42,474 nt of DNA from positions 183,453 to 225,926 of the forward strand of contig DATIIB010000001.1 in assembly GCA_035480055.1 (NCBI GenBank). The letters run 5' to 3'. The translations under genes and the position numbers were made by a program. How positions within the stretch are numbered: position 1 is the first letter of the stretch; each line of letters opens with the position of its first letter. The stretch is from Candidatus Saccharimonadales bacterium (GTDB lineage Bacteria; Patescibacteriota; Saccharimonadia; Saccharimonadales; DASZAF01). Under the pieces are notes generated by a model, which was given only the letters and a program-made list of their open reading frames with translations, ran no database searches and was not told the DNA's origin. This document shows positions 34,687 through 42,474 of this stretch, piece by piece.

Positions 34687-36048
34687 ATGCTTGAAGGAGA
34701 AATACCCTTTTTACCAGGGAATAGCATTCCAGTTGCTCGAGAAGCCGATTCTGATGCCACACAGCCGCCAATCGATGCGGAGCAGGCTGCACTTAGGGAC
34801 GGACTTGCAGAGCGCTCGCTCTCGGTAGGCGCTGTCTTGGATGGAGAATTTGCTGCCACTGACGACGCGGACGGCGACGAGGGAGAGGCCGACTTTTATC
34901 CAGGAAATGAGGATAACCTAGATTCTCCAGATCCAGAAACTGAGCCAACCGAAGGTGGAGCTGGCGGGGGAGAGCCACCAGAAGACACCATTCGGGCCAG
35001 CGGTAACTTCGAAGACGATGATCGTGACGGTGAGTTTGGTGGTGATGACGAAGAGTATGAAGAAACTATCGCTGCCGAACCGAATGAGGTGGTGGTGGAG
35101 CGTCGCATCGTTGACGGTATTCCAGTTACGGCCGCGCTCAGTACGCAGCAGATCGAGGATACTCCACAAATTGCCGTCGCTGTGGGAACATGTGACATTT
35201 TGGTTGTCTATGCAGGCATTTGTGACGATGAGGTGGAACGAGCTCGACAAGAACAAGCTTGTAATCTTCTGACTTCATCAGAAGCGAGTCCGGAGCAGGT
35301 CGAGGATGCGATGGGGACTGCTATTCAGAATGATTTTTTTGCGCTGACCCTTGCGTCCCAACTGTCTGAAACAAATGCGAAGGTCCGAGTATTTTCGCTC
35401 AATGCGACTGATCCTGAGGCTTCGGCTATCGTGGCCCACGGTGAAGCACGAAATGAAGCAACGACCTTGGTGGCCGATCTTGCTCCTCCTTCAAAAATAC
35501 GCAGCGCCGCATACGAGTACGCTGAGACAGGTGCAGCGGTTACCCAGGCAGTGAATAGAAAGCTTGCTCAAGAAATGCCGAAAGCTATTGAAGAGGCTAA
35601 GCAGCTGGGCGATGCGTCAGTCGGGGTAGTGGTTCCTTATGGAGCCTGTCCAATCGTAGAAGCGATGGGCGAGCGAGCACCAAATGCACCTGTTGCCTCT
35701 GCAACAGAAAGGGTGGCTCAGACAGATTGGGCTTTCAACCAAGCCCGCACGGCTGCTGCTGAAGGAGACCTTGAGCAAGCGGCTGTGTTCATCGAAAGAG
35801 GTATTCTGGTAAGCTTCATGTGTTTAGGTACGGAGAGAGGGGTCGCAGGAATACACACGAGTGAAGTGAGCATGGCAATGGAACGTTATGTCTCTGGGCT
35901 GAGTGATCGAACAATAAGGAATGCGTTAACTTCCCTCGAGGAAGAATTGACCGATCGCAGCTTAGAAAGGAACGGCCGACAGAATGTTGTGCGTCGTTTC
36001 GCCGCACCTTTTCTGGCCGAAATGGTACAGCTAGGCTTTCTAGAATAA
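34687..36048 (+). CDS. Leader-module family protein, tandem paralog 2
   Basis: Contains MLEGEIP, DATQPPIDAEQA, LSVGAVLDGE, PTEGGAGGGEPPED and EDDDRDGEFGGDDEEYEE. The C-terminal domain has CDILVVYA...CNLL...SVGVVVP...FAAPFLAEMVQLGFLE. The TTG at 34678 is an alternative start. Confidence 0.75.
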   Translation: MLEGEIPFLPGNSIPVAREADSDATQPPIDAEQAALRDGLAERSLSVGAVLDGEFAATDDADGDEGEADFYPGNEDNLDSPDPETEPTEGGAGGGEPPEDTIRASGNFEDDDRDGEFGGDDEEYEETIAAEPNEVVVERRIVDGIPVTAALSTQQIEDTPQIAVAVGTCDILVVYAGICDDEVERARQEQACNLLTSSEASPEQVEDAMGTAIQNDFFALTLASQLSETNAKVRVFSLNATDPEASAIVAHGEARNEATTLVADLAPPSKIRSAAYEYAETGAAVTQAVNRKLAQEMPKAIEEAKQLGDASVGVVVPYGACPIVEAMGERAPNAPVASATERVAQTDWAFNQARTAAAEGDLEQAAVFIERGILVSFMCLGTERGVAGIHTSEVSMAMERYVSGLSDRTIRNALTSLEEELTDRSLERNGRQNVVRRFAAPFLAEMVQLGFLE

Positions 36049-36087
36049 CACTTTAAGACAGATAACACGGATAGATAGATGATGGCA

Positions 36088-37539
36088 ATGTTTGAACAGG
36101 GAGATACTTATAATTTTGAAGGCGCTGACGAAGCTGCGCCTGTCAGGGAAGAAGCGGGTGATCTTGTCGCCAGCCAGCCTCCAATAAACGAAGAGCAAGA
36201 AGGCCTGGCCAGGTTCGTTGCCGCACATACTGTGCCGGTGGGAGAGATCTTAGCTGATGAGCAGGCTCCTATTCTCAATGATTCAGGCGGAAAAGATGTG
36301 CCGGAAGAAGGCGGCCAACCAGCAGGATCAGCCAACGCGGAAGAGTCTGAGGGTGAGGCTATACCACTTGCACAAGGTGGCGAGGGCGGTATGAATCCGC
36401 CTGGTGAGTCTGAGACCTTTCAGCCAGCTGATGATGGAGACGACGAGAATGAGGAGCGTGAAGAGAGTAATAAGACTGGCCCCAATGAACTGGATCTCGC
36501 CTTCGAAAGTATCGTAGAGGGTTACGAAGGAGCTGGAGAGGTGCTGGCTCGCGAGGAACGACAAGTCCTTCAAGAGATACAACCCGGCGACACGCTCGTC
36601 GAGTCTCTGCAGATTGGCAATACGCAGGTGACGGCCGTGCTTACCCACAGCGAGATGCGAGAGACTCCGCAGATTGCTGAAACATTGCGGGAGTGCAAGA
36701 TAGTTGTTATTGGCACCTCTCGTTTTAAGACTGAGGAGGATCGATTGGCGCAACAAGCTGCATGCAATAATCTTACTAAGAGTGGTGCTGATCCAGACTG
36801 GGTCGCGGGGGTTGAAGCGCAGATAGCCGAGCGTGAGCTCTTTTATGCCGATATTGCTGACAAGCTGCTTGGCTCGGATAATATAATACGATTAGCTAAA
36901 CTTACTCCTTTAGACGAACCCCGTGTTGAAGTCATAGCGAATGCCTATTTTGCTCGAGAGCATTGCACAGGGTCACTCTCGACAGCACCACCTATTGAGG
37001 AGGCGAGAGAGGCGCTTTTGGCGTTTGCTCAGGCCGAGGTTGCAGCTATTGAGCTTGAGAAAGAGGTGCTCATTCGGGAAATAGAAGTTACTGCAGGCGT
37101 GGCAGAAAAGATGGGTGCTTCAGTTGGAGTAGTACTACCCATTCATCGGTTTGGAGTGGTTGATGCCCTTAAGGAAGGTGCTCCTCAGCAAGGAAACTCC
37201 TTTTTAGCCGAGAGGGTTGAACGAAGCCTCCTCGCAATACGCCGGCCTGTGATCCCTCTTCTTAGAGGCGATATCGAGCAAACACAGCGCTCTATTGATA
37301 GAACGCTTTTAGGACTTTATATACATGCTGGAGCGACTTTAGCCGAGGGAGGTTATTACTTTGACATTGCCACAAATTATGCTGCCGAGCTAGGTGATGA
37401 GGCGGTTCAGCGAAGCCTCGCCGAACTGGAGCCGCAAATTGCGGATCGGACGATAGGTCTAGAAGAGAATACAACCGTACTAAAAAACTTCGCAGCTCCC
37501 TTTGTTGCAGATATGCGCCGGCGAGGCTATCTGCCGTAA
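36088..37539 (+). CDS. Leader-module family protein, tandem paralog 3
   Basis: Contains MFEQGDT, VASQPPINEEQE, VPVGEILADE, IPLAQGGEGGMNPPGE and DDGDDENEEREE. The C-terminal domain has CKIVVIGT...CNNL...SVGVVLP...FAAPFVADMRRRGYLP. The ATG at 36079 is an alternative start. Confidence 0.75.
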   Translation: MFEQGDTYNFEGADEAAPVREEAGDLVASQPPINEEQEGLARFVAAHTVPVGEILADEQAPILNDSGGKDVPEEGGQPAGSANAEESEGEAIPLAQGGEGGMNPPGESETFQPADDGDDENEEREESNKTGPNELDLAFESIVEGYEGAGEVLAREERQVLQEIQPGDTLVESLQIGNTQVTAVLTHSEMRETPQIAETLRECKIVVIGTSRFKTEEDRLAQQAACNNLTKSGADPDWVAGVEAQIAERELFYADIADKLLGSDNIIRLAKLTPLDEPRVEVIANAYFAREHCTGSLSTAPPIEEAREALLAFAQAEVAAIELEKEVLIREIEVTAGVAEKMGASVGVVLPIHRFGVVDALKEGAPQQGNSFLAERVERSLLAIRRPVIPLLRGDIEQTQRSIDRTLLGLYIHAGATLAEGGYYFDIATNYAAELGDEAVQRSLAELEPQIADRTIGLEENTTVLKNFAAPFVADMRRRGYLP

Positions 37540-37548
37540 GCCTTGTGC

Positions 37549-38124
37549 TTACTGCTTTCCTTGACTCGAGAAGTATTCAATCTCTTTGACAATGTCTAAG
37601 AGGGCTTGCGCTTTTTTGGCTTCATCGGCAATGCCTTCGGCAGCTTGATAAGCGGCTTGGACCAGCGATTGATCGTCGCTGGAGCGAATAACGAGCAACA
37701 GGGCATCAAATTTTTCTTCAGCTGGTAAGTCTAGTTTGCTAACGATTGGTCGTAATTGATCGAGGGCTTGGCGTTTGATGTCATCGAGGCTACCAGTGGC
37801 TAAAGGAGTAGCGGTTGCGCCAGTAGATGGCGAGATGGTTGCGCCGTGCGCACTGATGGTCGGTGCGGCAGTTGGCGCAGCAGCCATGCTGGCGGCGGGA
37901 GCGGCAGTGGGTAGGGTTGCAGGGATCGGCGGAATGTTATTCTCGTCAAACACGCGCTCTGCAGGAGCAGCTGGTGCGTCGGTTGGCGCAGCAGCTGGTT
38001 GATCTGCAGCAGGCGCAGACTGATCAGCCGGCATTTGCGGCCCGTTTGCTTGATCGCTCATGCTCGCTAAAACCTTTGCTAACTCTTGGTCATCCGTTAC
38101 TGGTGCTTTCTTGTCGTCTGCCAT
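37549..38124 (-). CDS. Hypothetical Ala/Pro-rich protein with a helical C-terminal domain
   Basis: The ATG at 38124 follows GAGGTGG. The low-complexity PAADQPAAAPTDAPAAPA region is followed by a helical ~80-aa C-terminus. Confidence 0.55.
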   Translation of the reverse strand: MADDKKAPVTDDQELAKVLASMSDQANGPQMPADQSAPAADQPAAAPTDAPAAPAERVFDENNIPPIPATLPTAAPAASMAAAPTAAPTISAHGATISPSTGATATPLATGSLDDIKRQALDQLRPIVSKLDLPAEEKFDALLLVIRSSDDQSLVQAAYQAAEGIADEAKKAQALLDIVKEIEYFSSQGKQ

Positions 38125-38275
38125 GCCCACCTCAAAGTTGTTATGTCTAATTACATTTACTGTAGCATACCCGCGCCGTGCTGCAAAGAAAATTCGCAGT
38201 TGTTGTGGAAGCAACGCTTGCCCCTCGGTGAGAAGGCTATTATGATAAAACTACATTCTTAGTGGAGGAACACTC

Positions 38276-39307
38276 GTGCTTGATGATCAAAACTTTATTG
38301 CGCAAAAAGACCCTCAAGATTTACTGGGTGTCGTAGCCACGAGCCCTGCACAACTTGCGCACGTGTATGAACCCACGGGCCCAGCCTTACCTTCCAAAGA
38401 TCAAATCGATACAGTCGTGGTGGCCGGAATGGGCGGTTCAGCGTGGCCAGCCGAAACACTGCAGGTCTGGGGCGGGCTACAGGTACCCTTGGTGGTTTCG
38501 CGAACCTATATGCTGCCTGCGTTTGTGAATGACCGTACGTTGGTGCTGGTGTCTAGCTTTTCTGGCAACACCGAAGAAACCCTCAGCGCTCTTGATGATG
38601 CGAAGAAAAGGAGCGCCAAAATTGCAGTTATCTCACACGGCGGCAAACTAAAGGAACGCGCAGCTGCCGAAAATTTGACCTTTTTGCAAGTGCCTGATTG
38701 CACTCAACCGCGCGCGGCTGCCAACTTCACCCTCAAGGCCATGGCGACAGTACTCGAAAAGGTCGGCCTGATAAGTGGTGCCTGCGCAGAGCTCGAAAAA
38801 GTAGCCGCAAAGTACGCCGACCTGGCCAAAGAATGGACGGCCGATGCCCCAACCGCTCACAATGCGGCCAAGCAATTGGCTGAAGAAATCATGGGCAAGA
38901 CGCCCATTATTTATGGTGGTATCCTCGGCGGCAGTGCCCTCAAATGGAAAATTTTCTTTAACGAGAACGCCAAAAATCTGGCGTGGTGGAATCAACTGCC
39001 CGAATTTAATCACAACGAGTTTATCGGCTGGAGTTCGCACCCGATCGATAAACCATTTGCGGTCATCAACCTGCTTTCCAGCTTTGATCACCCGCGCGTG
39101 CAAGAGCGCTTTGTAGTTAGCGAAAAAATGCTTTCCGGCATGCGTCCCGAATCCATCGACATTCAAGCCAAAGGCGACAGCCTGATTGAACAAATTATAT
39201 GGGTAGAACTATTTGGCAGCATGATTAGCGTGTACGTAGCGTTGTTAAATGGGGTGAATCCGACCCCTGTGGATTTGGTAGAGAAGTTTAAAAAAGAGTT
39301 GGGTTAA
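38276..39307 (+). CDS. Bifunctional phosphoglucose/phosphomannose isomerase (SIS domain, PGI/PMI family)
   Basis: GTG start 7 nt after GGAGG. Contains VVAGMGGSA, SFSGNTEETL and the C-terminal NEF..W region typical of the bifunctional PGI/PMI family. Confidence 0.75.
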   Translation: MLDDQNFIAQKDPQDLLGVVATSPAQLAHVYEPTGPALPSKDQIDTVVVAGMGGSAWPAETLQVWGGLQVPLVVSRTYMLPAFVNDRTLVLVSSFSGNTEETLSALDDAKKRSAKIAVISHGGKLKERAAAENLTFLQVPDCTQPRAAANFTLKAMATVLEKVGLISGACAELEKVAAKYADLAKEWTADAPTAHNAAKQLAEEIMGKTPIIYGGILGGSALKWKIFFNENAKNLAWWNQLPEFNHNEFIGWSSHPIDKPFAVINLLSSFDHPRVQERFVVSEKMLSGMRPESIDIQAKGDSLIEQIIWVELFGSMISVYVALLNGVNPTPVDLVEKFKKELG

Positions 39308-40074
39308 CGCGGCCGCAACCCAATAAACACTGCCAGCCGGCCAGAGTGCTGGCTGTCTCGGCGATAGCTGTGGAAGCGATTGTCTTCGACGGTGCAACCT
39401 TGGTCCGCCTCGATGTGGGTAACGCCGAGCTCGCGCAGCTGCGCTGTCACGGCCGCTCGGTTGTCAAAGCAGACACGACCGTCGATGGTTGGCATAAACT
39501 TCTTATCAAAGAGTTCGTAAAAGCTCGGTCCAACCTCGTAATCTTTGGCGCAGGCGATGGGGGAGATGTAGGCATGCAGGCGAGCAGGGTCGGCGCCACG
39601 ATTAGCCATTTTAAGGATAGTTTTGGCAATGATATTGGTCTTGGTACCGCGCCAGCCGGAATGGACTGAGGCAATCACTTTGGCTTCGGGATCGTAGAGC
39701 AAAATGCCTGCGCAATCGGCAACCAACTCGCAGAGGAGGAGATGTGATGCCGTGGTTACTTGAGCGTCGGCCTCGGTGCTGCCCCAGATATCACCTTCGC
39801 TCGGTGCCTCAATGACGAGGTCGCTGTGGGTTTGGTGCGTAATGGCCGGCTTGCCTTGCGGCCCAAGCAGCGAAGTGGCCAACTCTTGCCGGGCAGCAAT
39901 CACCGATGCCTCAATCAAGGCATGCTCGTCACTCGACAAAATTGCTTGTAGCGCGCGAAAGCCAAAGTTCGCATCTTGGTAAGGCGGTTGAGTCCCAGCA
40001 CGGAGGGTGATGCCGGCCACCACTTCGGGAAACTGAGCAAAGATTGCGGGTGTTTTGATGGCCACTCTACTCAT
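39304..40074 (-). CDS. pgeF: Peptidoglycan editing factor PgeF / YfiH (DUF152) family protein
   Basis: HSGWRGT motif and HTHSD..V-like QTHSDLV. The ATG at 40074 overlaps the stop of the upstream permease by 8 nt. Confidence 0.8.
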   Translation of the reverse strand: MSRVAIKTPAIFAQFPEVVAGITLRAGTQPPYQDANFGFRALQAILSSDEHALIEASVIAARQELATSLLGPQGKPAITHQTHSDLVIEAPSEGDIWGSTEADAQVTTASHLLLCELVADCAGILLYDPEAKVIASVHSGWRGTKTNIIAKTILKMANRGADPARLHAYISPIACAKDYEVGPSFYELFDKKFMPTIDGRVCFDNRAAVTAQLRELGVTHIEADQGCTVEDNRFHSYRRDSQHSGRLAVFIGLRPR

Positions 40075-41293
40075 ATCGCAGCGCCTCAATTGGGTCTTTA
40101 TGAGCAGCTTTAATGGCTGGCGCAATGCCAAAGATAATGCCAGTCACGGTTGAGACTCCAAAAGCAAGCAGCAATGTGAGGGGAGTGATCGCCGGAGTAA
40201 TGTCCAACTTCAGCGAGAGCAACCCACCAATACCAAAAGCCGCCCCAATACCCATAATCCCGCCGCCCACACTAATCACCACTGCTTCAATCAAGAATTG
40301 GCTCAGAATTTGACCATTGGTAGCGCCAATGCTTTTGCGAATCCCAATCTCGCGCGTCCGTTCGGTAACACTCACGAGCATAATGTTCATAATACCAATA
40401 CCGCCAACGAGCAACGAAATCGAGGCAATCGCGGCCGTAAATGTGGTGAGCACGGTAATAATCGAACTGGTTGCATCCAATGCTTGCTGCTGCGTGATAA
40501 CCGAAAAGTCCTCCTGCTGATTGTGATTGTGCAAAATATTCTGGCGAATATCGCCAATCACTTGTTGCGGTTTGCGCCCGTCGGCCAGTTTGACCTCAAT
40601 CTCTTGCAGCTGAGCCGCACCTTGGTAAGCTTGCTTGCCAAGTTCAAATGGAATAAAGATCGCTTGACGCATATCAGGGGACAGTCCACCAAAGGCCGAG
40701 GCGCCAGATTTGTCGTCCAGGATACCAATTACGGTGTAGTCTTGGCCGCGGATGCTGATCTTGCCGCCCAATTGATTGTCTGTATCTAGCAACTTGTTGG
40801 CCGCCGCGCTGCCGAGCACAACCACGTGGTCGTCAATGCCGCTATGAAAGAACTCGCCGTAGGTAAAATGGAGGTTAAGCACATCGGGAAGATCTTCGGA
40901 AGTCGCAATAATAAAAGGGTTGGCTAGGGGATTACCATCGTGATTGACGTCGCCGTTTACCAGCAGCATTGGCGCGGCTTTCTCAACGCCTTTGGTGTGC
41001 TCGGCCGTCTGGAGGTCATGCTCGTTGAGGGTAGATGGCATGCCGCCACCCAACACGCCCAGGGTGAGTGGCTGATTAAGGCCCGTCGAGTTGATCTTGC
41101 CTGGGCGCACTTGCACCACATTGCCACCAAACTTTTGCACCTCACTGCCTACCTGGCGTTTGATGCCTTCACCCAGGGCCATGATCAAGGTTACAGAAGC
41201 TACGCCCACGATGATGCCAACCATAGTTAATATGGTGCGGACGCGAGCACTTTTGAGAGCGGCAACGGCGATCTTAATGTTGAGCACAATCAT
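40067..41293 (-). CDS. MacB-type ABC transporter permease (MacB_PCD + FtsX domains)
   Basis: An N-terminal TM, a ~230-aa extracytoplasmic domain and a C-terminal 3-TM FtsX-like module. Its start overlaps the ATPase stop by 4 nt. Confidence 0.88.
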   Translation of the reverse strand: MIVLNIKIAVAALKSARVRTILTMVGIIVGVASVTLIMALGEGIKRQVGSEVQKFGGNVVQVRPGKINSTGLNQPLTLGVLGGGMPSTLNEHDLQTAEHTKGVEKAAPMLLVNGDVNHDGNPLANPFIIATSEDLPDVLNLHFTYGEFFHSGIDDHVVVLGSAAANKLLDTDNQLGGKISIRGQDYTVIGILDDKSGASAFGGLSPDMRQAIFIPFELGKQAYQGAAQLQEIEVKLADGRKPQQVIGDIRQNILHNHNQQEDFSVITQQQALDATSSIITVLTTFTAAIASISLLVGGIGIMNIMLVSVTERTREIGIRKSIGATNGQILSQFLIEAVVISVGGGIMGIGAAFGIGGLLSLKLDITPAITPLTLLLAFGVSTVTGIIFGIAPAIKAAHKDPIEALRYE

Positions 41294-42093
41294 TTTGAAG
41301 CCGCCTTTTTGGTTGTCGTCTTGCGTTTACTCACGTTCCCCAGCGGTCGCTTGGCGTTCTTTGGTTTGGCTTTGGGTTTGTGCTTGCTGTCGCTGGCCAC
41401 GCGGCCGTCGATCATCTGGATAACTCGATCAGCATATACGGTGAGCGCGGGGTTGTGAGTGACCATAATAATGGTGTGGCCTTTTTTGTGCACTTCGCTG
41501 AGTTCTTGCATGATAATCTCACTCGACTTACTATCCAAGTTGCCAGTGGGTTCGTCAGCCAAAATGATGGCTGGATTGTTGACCAACGCTCGGGCAATGG
41601 CCACGCGTTGCATTTGGCCGCCGGAGAGTTGGTTGGGCATGTAGTATTCGCGTTCCCGCAAGCCGAAGGTTTTAAGCAATCGGCTGGCCGCGTTTAGCCG
41701 CCGGGTGTAGCCCCAGCCTTTGTAGGTGAGGGGAAGCGCGACGTTTTCGATCACACTGACGCGCGGCAAAAGGTTGAATGATTGAAACACAAAGCCGATT
41801 TTGTTCCGCCGAAATTTGGCGCGCTGACGTTGGCTCAGTTCAATGACTGGCTTGCCTTCCAGGTGGTACTCGCCGTGGGTAGGGCTATCCAGCAAACCAA
41901 GAATGTTCATAAGGGTGGTTTTGCCGCAGCCGCTAGGACCCATGATTGCCACGAATTCACCCTTTTCAACCTTGAGTGTCAGATTGTCCAAGGCAACGGT
42001 GGTCGCATCTTCGACGCCATATAGCTTGCTCAAATTGGAGAGCGCAATGACAGACTTTGAGGTAGCGGGAGTTGCAGATTTTTTTCGGAGCAT
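41290..42093 (-). CDS. MacB/LolD-type ABC transporter ATP-binding protein with a Lys-rich C-terminal tail
   Basis: Walker [36 protein letters not shown] and VTHN. The longer ORF to 42366 runs through tRNA-Ser(GGA) and was rejected. Confidence 0.9.
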   Translation of the reverse strand: MLRKKSATPATSKSVIALSNLSKLYGVEDATTVALDNLTLKVEKGEFVAIMGPSGCGKTTLMNILGLLDSPTHGEYHLEGKPVIELSQRQRAKFRRNKIGFVFQSFNLLPRVSVIENVALPLTYKGWGYTRRLNAASRLLKTFGLREREYYMPNQLSGGQMQRVAIARALVNNPAIILADEPTGNLDSKSSEIIMQELSEVHKKGHTIIMVTHNPALTVYADRVIQMIDGRVASDSKHKPKAKPKNAKRPLGNVSKRKTTTKKAASK

Positions 42094-42100
42094 CACTCCT

Positions 42101-42106
42101 ATTATA
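42101..42106 (-). promoter_or_regulatory. -10 box TATAAT 7 nt before the ATG at 42093 (leaderless)
   Basis: On the minus strand: TATAAT, then aggagtg, then ATG. The AGGAG is too close (2 nt) to serve as an SD. Confidence 0.45.
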
Positions 42107-42207
42107 GATACGCTTGAAAGCAGAATGCAATGTGTTGTAAGAAGTTTTTGCAGTATAATTAACAAAGTCCCGAAAGATAAGGTGGCCAAGAGTACCGGTG
42201 ACAGCAA

Positions 42208-42297
42208 GGAGAGATGTCCGAGTGGCCGAAGGAGCACGCTTGGAAAGCGTGTGTACGGGCAACCGTACCGCGGGTTCGAATCCCGCTCTCTCCGCCA
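42208..42297 (+). tRNA. tRNA-Ser(GGA), CCA encoded
   Basis: Acceptor GGAGAGA/TCTCTCC, anticodon stem CACGC/GCGTG with loop TTGGAAA, and a long variable arm. Confidence 0.95.
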
Positions 42298-42300
42298 ATT

Positions 42301-42329
42301 AAAACAGCCGACTTGTTCGGCTGTTTTTT
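42301..42329 (+). terminator. Terminator hairpin, repeat copy 3
   Basis: AAAACAGCCGACTTGTTCGGCTGTTTTTT directly after tRNA-Ser(GGA). Confidence 0.8.
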
Positions 42330-42474
42330 GTATCCCCCTCCTCCCCCTACGCTCCTCGCACCCCAACAGCCCAAAGACAGAGATCCGCCTTTCGGCGTCA
42401 CACAGTCTCTTGGCTGTTGGGGATGCTGCGGACTGTCCTCGTTGTTGGTAATAGCGATATGTCTGTTGTTTGGA
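42330..42474 (+). repeat. MITE-like non-coding repeat element, copy 3 (truncated by the window end)
   Basis: It is the reverse complement of 30135-30279 with 1 mismatch and 1 indel. It has the same left-end architecture as copy 1 (TATCCCCCTCCTCCCCCTACGCTCC... hairpin ...GTCCTCGTTGTTGGTAATAGCGAT). Confidence 0.7.

Noticed and set aside
42096-42100. AGGAG as a Shine-Dalgarno for the MacB-type ATPase
   Set aside because: It is only 2 nt from the ATG, which is too close. It fits better as the spacer between a TATAAT -10 box and a leaderless start.
42094-42366. N-terminal 91 codons of ORF 41290..42366, plus ORFs 41843..42451 (+) and 41966..42298 (-)
   Set aside because: They read through tRNA-Ser(GGA) and the repeat element. 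ABC ATPase homology starts only at MLRKKSATP... (42093).

Overview
This 42.5-kb window appears to come from a reduced, compact genome. By inference it is most consistent with a monoderm CPR/Patescibacteria lineage such as Saccharibacteria, given the TrbC/VirB2-type pilin paralogs, the gene content and the many leaderless-looking starts. The backbone is housekeeping: hsp20, comF, valS, tsaD, a MurE-type ligase, two phosphohexomutases, PGI/PMI, pgeF, a HIT protein, CIRCE-controlled groES-groEL, an ABC-2 exporter, a MacB-type ABC pair and an RND pump. There are five tRNAs with encoded CCA: all four Ser isoacceptors plus Arg-GCG. The most interesting signal is a protein family defined by a five-block N-terminal module of about 110-130 aa that is acidic, Gly/Pro-rich and has no signal peptide. 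The module heads five genes in two clusters (3505-7070 minus strand; 33263-37539 plus strand) and is fused to at least three unrelated C-terminal domains. These are a NUDT9-like Nudix split by a 1-nt frameshift, an unknown 'domain X' that is also found behind an HExxH module, and an unknown ~300-aa domain in three tandem paralogs. This polymorphic-effector-like architecture has no function I can assign. A second signal is a MITE-like, ORF-less repeat of about 270-360 nt in three copies, each abutting the same terminator hairpin. Two near-identical inverted copies bracket a 12-kb segment. Other points are a recurrent -10 box placed 6-7 nt before the ATG, a giant PP2C-like membrane protein, a tandem pilin array and a candidate structured RNA beside tRNA-Ser(CGA). 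No CRISPR array, rRNA gene or transposase gene was seen.
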